Of a stretch of 64,000 nucleotides of DNA, positions 58,465-64,000 are shown piece by piece (the first letter of the stretch is position 1; each line of letters starts with the position of its first letter). The notes under the pieces were generated by a model that saw nothing but the letters and a program-made list of their open reading frames with translations, was not told where the DNA came from and ran no database searches. The DNA is from Phycisphaerae bacterium. Its GTDB lineage: Bacteria > Planctomycetota > Phycisphaerae > SM23-33. Made by a program: the position numbers and the translations under genes. The DNA lies in NCBI GenBank assembly GCA_018335035.1, contig JAGXKT010000003.1, forward strand, positions 14,623 to 78,622, written 5' to 3'.

Positions 58465-60885
58465 CTACCGCTCCAGCGTCACGTAGAAGACGGGCTTGTC
58501 GGCGGGAATCCTCAAGACGCCGTCGCTGACCCGGCCGCGGTCGAGCACGTTCATCTCGTAGTCGTAGAACGTCCAGTCCATGCCGTCGATCGCCTCGCCC
58601 CGGACGGTGCCCGACACGCGAGCGACGAGCACCGGCAGCGTGCCGGCTTTGCCCTTCGCGACCTTGGCCCCGAAGTACTCCGACGGGTCCTTCGACATCT
58701 CCAAGCCAAAGCCCGTGTTGAAGCTCGTCGAGACCAGCGACAGCACCGCCCGCCTCGTCTCGGCAAGCGGCTGATCGTCCCGGCTGGCCAGCGCGAACGT
58801 AACGTAGCCCTCATCGGCGGTGACGGGATACGGCATGCCGTCCGGGTTGTGCACCGCCACGTCGCTCAGCGCGACGCCGGCCGCATCGAACGTCAGCGTC
58901 GCGTTCGCGTCGCGCAATCGTCCGGAAAAGCCCGTAAACATCGCCGCACCCGGCGCGTCGAACCGGCAGAACCCCTGCCGCCAATCGTAGCTGATCTGCT
59001 CGGTCGGCGTGATGGGGTTCGGCTCGAAAACGCGGGGCTTGTAGTACGGGCCGATCACCATGTAGCCGTTCTTGCGGAAGTCCTCGTAGATGGACTTGCG
59101 TTGTTCGGCCTTCTGCTCGGCGTCGGCGGCCTCCCCGTGCCGCGCCTGGCGGGCCTGCTCAAAGAGCGGATCGTCCGGGCGTTCGGATAGCGTCGGGTCG
59201 ATCTCCAGCCGCATGCCGTATCGGTACGTCGTCGGCAGCATGGCCCGGCCGATCTCGCCGTAGCTGCCGGAGTAGTCCATGCTCTCCGAGGCCAGCAGCA
59301 TCGGCTTGCCATAGACGAATTTCGTCGGCGTCGGCGCGGGGGCGAGATGTTCGTTGCAGAAGATTTCACTGGCGGCGCGCATCGCGGACAGCTGCACCTC
59401 GTCGCCGCCGTAGTGGAGGTTGCCCGAATGCCCGACCTCGAGGGCGCGGGTGTGGGGGGCGTCCCTGGTGGAATCCGGCCCGGGTCCGTAGCTGTGCCAG
59501 TTGATGATGTCCCAGTCCTGGATGCTGCCCAAGCTGGCCATGAGCATCGGGAATTCCGCGCGGTACTTCGTGGTGGTCCTGACTTGCGTCTCATAGACGA
59601 AGAACGGCTTGCCCTCGACCTTGTTGTGCTCAACCCACGGCACGTCCCAACAGGCCCGGGGCAACTCGGTCAGTGACGAATTGAAGGGGAACTCCTCATC
59701 GGCACGGTCGTGATGCATGTTGCTGATATACGTACAGTGCGTCACCGCGTCGGCCTGCTGGTGGAGGTACTGGCACTGAATCTGCCAGCCCGTGCCCGTG
59801 TCGTAGAGCATCGGACTGAGCCGCGTGGACTTGCCCAGCGACTTGACGAATGTCGCCTGCGCGTTCTTGCTGGCCGTGATCATCTCGACGAAAAACGCGA
59901 TCGCGTCGGCCGCGCGTTGCTCACTACACTGGTCCCGCCCGATTTTCTCGACGCCGCCCGCCAGCGCCTCCCGGACGTACGGGTTGGCGTCGTTGAGTTG
60001 CGCGGGGCTCGTCGCCTTGGCCGTCGGAGCCAGCATGACCGTCCCGTCGTCCAGCCCCTCGCCGGGGAACAGAAAGCCCCACGCCGCCGTCAGGCCCTCG
60101 TCGGTCTCGTACTTGCGCTTCAGCCAGGCGTTCCATTTGGCGATGAGCTGGGCCTGGAAGAACTTCGGCAGCGTCATCCACTGCCCGCCGGTCATCTTCG
60201 GCAGCCACCATTCCTCGTTGCTCAGCTCCCAGACGACGATGTCCGGATCGTCGCAATAACGCATCCCGGTGTACTTGTTCCGCCGCGTGGCGACCTCGCG
60301 CATGCGCTGCAGCGCCAACGCCTTGAGCCGAGGGTCCCAGTGCTGGGCTAGGTGGCGCCCGAGCCCGACCTGCTTGCCCTCCCACCGCCAACTCTCGTGC
60401 GCCATCGACGCGATCGCCGCTTTCCACGCCTCGGCCGTGTCCGGATCATCAATGATCTTGACGTCCCGCTCGGCATCGACCGTGCCCAGCATGTTCAGCC
60501 CGCAAAACCAGATCTTGATCCCGTGCTTCTTGAGCAGGTAGTAGCCGTAGTCCTTCAGGTCGTCCGCGGAGTTATCGCCCTTGGTGAAATCATCGCTCTG
60601 CGGAAAGTGCCACAGCCGATGCAGGTTGAAGCCGAGGTCCACCAGGCGCTGGGCCATCAACTCGCGATTGCGTCGCCCGGCCGGGCCGTCATCCCCGCCG
60701 GCAGGGAAATGCCCGATGTGTCCCCAGTAACGGACCCGTCGCCCGTCCAGTTCCAGGTGCCCGTCCTCGTTGACCTGAACGTACTGCGAATCCGGGATTT
60801 TCGAAGGATCCGTCGGCATCTCGGCGACGGCGTTACAGCCGATTCCGGCGACAAACGCACATACGATGAGGGCCTTGGCGTACAT
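58465..60885 (-). CDS. exported clan GH-A (GH5-like) glycoside hydrolase
   Basis: Signal peptide, DGRRVRYWG, GFNLHRLWH, NKYTG..Y.DDP.IVVWELSNE (acid/base), KPFFVYE (nucleophile), QDWD. Start at MYAK (60885). Confidence 0.75.
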   Translation of the reverse strand: MYAKALIVCAFVAGIGCNAVAEMPTDPSKIPDSQYVQVNEDGHLELDGRRVRYWGHIGHFPAGGDDGPAGRRNRELMAQRLVDLGFNLHRLWHFPQSDDFTKGDNSADDLKDYGYYLLKKHGIKIWFCGLNMLGTVDAERDVKIIDDPDTAEAWKAAIASMAHESWRWEGKQVGLGRHLAQHWDPRLKALALQRMREVATRRNKYTGMRYCDDPDIVVWELSNEEWWLPKMTGGQWMTLPKFFQAQLIAKWNAWLKRKYETDEGLTAAWGFLFPGEGLDDGTVMLAPTAKATSPAQLNDANPYVREALAGGVEKIGRDQCSEQRAADAIAFFVEMITASKNAQATFVKSLGKSTRLSPMLYDTGTGWQIQCQYLHQQADAVTHCTYISNMHHDRADEEFPFNSSLTELPRACWDVPWVEHNKVEGKPFFVYETQVRTTTKYRAEFPMLMASLGSIQDWDIINWHSYGPGPDSTRDAPHTRALEVGHSGNLHYGGDEVQLSAMRAASEIFCNEHLAPAPTPTKFVYGKPMLLASESMDYSGSYGEIGRAMLPTTYRYGMRLEIDPTLSERPDDPLFEQARQARHGEAADAEQKAEQRKSIYEDFRKNGYMVIGPYYKPRVFEPNPITPTEQISYDWRQGFCRFDAPGAAMFTGFSGRLRDANATLTFDAAGVALSDVAVHNPDGMPYPVTADEGYVTFALASRDDQPLAETRRAVLSLVSTSFNTGFGLEMSKDPSEYFGAKVAKGKAGTLPVLVARVSGTVRGEAIDGMDWTFYDYEMNVLDRGRVSDGVLRIPADKPVFYVTLER

Positions 60886-61091
60886 GAGAACCTGGCAAGA
60901 GCCGAATCCCGCCCGGCGGGACTCCCAAGAAGACTGCGACGATGTCGGCCGATGACCGCCACCGGCCGCTCGCCGCAATTCTATCCCTGCCCCGCCGGCC
61001 TGCAAGCACATTCCCCGCCCGCCCCCGGCGATGGGTGCGTGTCCGTATTGTGGCCCGTACGGGCGTCCCACGGCCGTCTCGGCCGAGAGGG

Positions 61092-61138
61092 CACGGGCAG
61101 GATGCCCGTGCCACACATGGGCGAGACGCCCATGCCAC
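61092..61138 (+). repeat. REP-like doublet
   Basis: CACGGGCAGGATGCCCGTG-CCAC-ACATGGGCGAGACGCCCATG-CCAC. Confidence 0.7.
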
Positions 61139-61294
61139 GAATTTATCGCCCACACCCCCCGGCGATCGCGGCGTTTGTGCCCCCCGCATCGGGTTGAGCC
61201 CCAGGGCGCCCCGCATCAGGCCCATCCCGGGCGGAGCGGTTCGCCCCTCGCCGCCTACACCGCAAAAAAACCGCCGGCAGGCCGGAAAAATGCT

Positions 61295-61365
61295 TTGACA
61301 AAACCGGTAGATACCGGTAACATTGTGTTATAGATACCGGTAACAGCTCAGGTGTTACCCGTAAC
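61295..61365 (+). promoter_or_regulatory. sigma70 promoter with LacI-type operators
   Basis: TTGACA(61295)-N17-TAACAT; operators GATACCGGTAAC (61310, 61333) and GTTACCCGTAAC (61354). Confidence 0.8.
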
Positions 61366-61389
61366 CGACACATAAAGGCCTTGCGACAC

Positions 61390-62466
61390 ATGCGGAAGAC
61401 CGTCACAACCGAAGACATTGCCAGCCATGTCGGCGTCACCAAGATGACCGTCTCGCGGGCATTGCACGGGACCGGGGCGGTCAGCGCGACCACGCGCCAG
61501 CGGATACTCGCGGCCGCCAGGGAATTGGGCTACCGCCCGAACGCGGCCGCCCGGATCATGAGCCGCGGCAAATTCGGCAACATCGCCGTGGTGCTCTCGG
61601 CCCATGAGGGGCGCAGCTACCTGCCCGAGCGAGCGTTGCGGGGCATTTGCCAGGCCCTCAGCGACCGCGAACTTCAACTGACCATCGCGCAACTGCCGGA
61701 CGAGAAACTCACCGACGCCGGCTTCGTCCCGCGTCTGCTGCGCGAGTACTGCTGCGACGGGATGCTGATCGACTACACCGACCACATCCCGGATCGGATG
61801 ATCGGACTGATCGAGAAACTCCGCCAACCGGCGATCTGGCTGAACCGCAAGCAGGACCACGATTGCGTCTATCCGGACGACTATGCCCTGGGCCAGCAGG
61901 CCACCCGCCGGCTTCTGGCGGCCGGGCATCGCCGCATCGCCTACCTGGACTGGGGTGCCGGCTGGAAGCAACTGAACGAAGCCCACTACTCCCAGCGGGA
62001 CCGCCAGGCCGGCTACGCCGAGGCGATGACCGCCGCCGGGCTAACGCCGCAGCTGATTCGACGCGACGATTCCGACGTGGTCTCGCACGCGGGCGAACTG
62101 TGCGAAACCGTCACGGCCCTGCTCGCCGGTGACGACCGCCCCACCGCCTTCGTGGCGTATGCCCCGCACTTCGCACGCCGTGCCGCGGCGGCGGCGCTGC
62201 TGCGGCACCTGCGCGTCCCGGAGGACCTCTCACTGGTGGCGATCAGCGGCGGCGGGCAGTTGTCGCTGGACGACGGGCGACCGCTCAGCACGGCCGCCGT
62301 ACCGGAGCGGAACTACGGCGCCGCCGGTGTGGAGGCGGTGCTGGAAAAACTCGAGGCGCCGGGCGTTCGTCTGGCGCCGCGTGCCGTCGGGCCCGCGGCG
62401 TTCATGGAAGGCCAGACCATCGCCTGCCCGCCGGACGGAAACGACCGCAGCGTCCGCGAGGACTAG
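61390..62466 (+). CDS. LacI family transcriptional regulator
   Basis: TTEDIASHVGVTKMTVSRAL, ELGYRPNAAAR, GHRRIAY, RVPEDLSLV. Confidence 0.95.
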   Translation: MRKTVTTEDIASHVGVTKMTVSRALHGTGAVSATTRQRILAAARELGYRPNAAARIMSRGKFGNIAVVLSAHEGRSYLPERALRGICQALSDRELQLTIAQLPDEKLTDAGFVPRLLREYCCDGMLIDYTDHIPDRMIGLIEKLRQPAIWLNRKQDHDCVYPDDYALGQQATRRLLAAGHRRIAYLDWGAGWKQLNEAHYSQRDRQAGYAEAMTAAGLTPQLIRRDDSDVVSHAGELCETVTALLAGDDRPTAFVAYAPHFARRAAAAALLRHLRVPEDLSLVAISGGGQLSLDDGRPLSTAAVPERNYGAAGVEAVLEKLEAPGVRLAPRAVGPAAFMEGQTIACPPDGNDRSVRED

Positions 62467-62633
62467 TGCAAAACCAACGCCGCCCGAATGCGGCAAATCG
62501 GAGATGAGCAAACGGACAACTGGACTGGAGCAGCCCAAGAGCCGGCGGCCGGGACAATGCCCGGCGCGAACGACCGAAGCAGATCGGAAAGGAACCGGAT
62601 GGAAGACGAGATGACAGTGGATTCGAGGACAGG

Positions 62634-63998
62634 TTGGAAGCAGCACACGCGAAGCGCGAGCTGACGGAGGGCGACGAGTACCTGCTGGGCCGTGTTCAGT
62701 GGCCCGATGCGCCGCGGGAGAAAGGTCGAACGCCCGACTACGCCACCGAGACGTGGGGCCCGCCCAAGCGCCTCATGGTCTGGAAAACCCCGGGCCGGAG
62801 CGGCATGCTGACCGCGGCGGACCACTGGCTCATCGTCGAGGCCGGCGGCAAGGTCACGCCCGACGCCGACAGCGTCGAAGACGGGAAACTCAAGGATTCG
62901 TGGTGGCACGCCGACACGGACATCGTCGTACCGGCTGCGTCGGAAAAGTACCACTGCCGCCGCGCGGGTAAGTTCCCGTGCCGGCATATCACCGTCGGAC
63001 ACAAGGCGAAGTTCGAAGCCGCGGCATTGACGTCGTTGAACGGAAATGTCTGGGTCGCGCGGGGCGGCTACTACCGCACGCGCTACTCGACGCGTCTGAA
63101 GGGCGGCAAGCACACGTTCTTCCTGAACGATCAGCCGCGTCTGACGCCTGAATCAATTGGCGAGGATGTGGAAGTTGTGGGGCGTGGCTACATCATCCCG
63201 CAGGAGCACCCCGGCCCCGGATACGATGGCTACTGCGTCGCGCAATACCTGCGTGTGCGCAAGGCCGACGACGCCTCGGTTGAGTTCGTCGGCACGCTTT
63301 CGAGCAGCGATGACTTCCAGTTGCTCAAGGGCACGGCCATCGTGGCGGAGAACAGCCAGCTCTGGGCCGGAACCCGTTCCAAGCAGCACTTCCGCCCCGG
63401 CACGACGCTGCGGCTGATGTCCGGCGGCGAGTACGGAAAAGCCCACACTGCTCCCGGTTCCGGGTACGGCTTCAAGTACAGCCAGGGCTCGATGGATGCG
63501 GTCATCAACGGCCGCATCGAGGCGGGCACGGAGGATCATCCGATCACCGAAAACGCGTACTTCGGCATCAGCTTCAAGGCGCCCGCCGGCTTCGAGGGCT
63601 CAACCGACCCCAGCGACGGTACGCTGGAACGCCGCGTGCCCGGGGCGATCGTCGGGCCCGACACCGAGATTGCGGTCCACACTGCCGATGCGGACGAGGC
63701 GAAGCTCGTCATCCGCTGGCACCGCCGGCACAACGACTGGTACGAGGGCCGGCTCGATGGCTACAAGCAGATGCCCGAGGAGATCACCATTGGCATCTGC
63801 GGCAAACTGATGCTGGAGAATGTCAAGTTCGACGACCTGGCCCGCGACGGGCTGATGCTCGAAGACCCGGCCGTCGCCGAGCACTGGAAGAACGTGACCT
63901 TCGGCGACCGCTGTCAGGGCGGCCGCGACGAGCTGATCGCTGAATGGTCCGAGACGCTGCGTAAGCCCATCGTTCCCGATGATTGGGACTGCAAGTGA
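62634..63998 (+). CDS. hypothetical protein (beta-rich)
   Basis: 454-aa ORF, TTG start after GAGGA, stop at 63996-63998; family not recognised. Confidence 0.7.
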   Translation: MEAAHAKRELTEGDEYLLGRVQWPDAPREKGRTPDYATETWGPPKRLMVWKTPGRSGMLTAADHWLIVEAGGKVTPDADSVEDGKLKDSWWHADTDIVVPAASEKYHCRRAGKFPCRHITVGHKAKFEAAALTSLNGNVWVARGGYYRTRYSTRLKGGKHTFFLNDQPRLTPESIGEDVEVVGRGYIIPQEHPGPGYDGYCVAQYLRVRKADDASVEFVGTLSSSDDFQLLKGTAIVAENSQLWAGTRSKQHFRPGTTLRLMSGGEYGKAHTAPGSGYGFKYSQGSMDAVINGRIEAGTEDHPITENAYFGISFKAPAGFEGSTDPSDGTLERRVPGAIVGPDTEIAVHTADADEAKLVIRWHRRHNDWYEGRLDGYKQMPEEITIGICGKLMLENVKFDDLARDGLMLEDPAVAEHWKNVTFGDRCQGGRDELIAEWSETLRKPIVPDDWDCK

Positions 63999-64000
63999 GC

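Noticed and set aside
62586-62664. Programmed frameshift from the SD-led ATG at 62599 into the 62634 ORF
   Set aside because: No slippery sequence, and the TTG at 62634 has its own GAGGA; the start remains uncertain.

Overview
High-GC, gene-dense core-chromosome window. It most likely comes from an anaerobic Planctomycetota (Phycisphaerae-like) genome; this is an inference from the vWA/BatA-prenyltransferase cluster, DUF4159, ATRP/TTRP low-complexity tails, giant LepB, split carB and leuC, PPi-PFK, AckA and a corrinoid protein. It holds about 49 CDS (including accBC, lptB, lepB, xerC, tatC/tatA, asd, carB, leuC, ackA, pfp, asnS, rluD), tRNA-Lys(CTT), tRNA-Val(CAC) with an adjacent integrase remnant, and a LacI-controlled glycoside-hydrolase locus with clear operators. 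Most notable: (1) carB carries in-frame insertions built from three different short-repeat or palindromic families, and relatives of two of them also lie outside the reading frame; (2) a DnaA-box cluster sits between lepB and lptB (candidate oriC or DnaA control site); (3) an uncharacterised membrane module of a Zn-ribbon CPBP protease, two GYF_2 paralogs and a bitopic protein is coupled to ackA; (4) tatC and tatA are convergent and overlap; (5) a catalytically degenerate GH10-like gene is coupled to comEA. No CRISPR array, rRNA or intact mobile element was seen. All calls are by-eye motif recognition, with no database searches.
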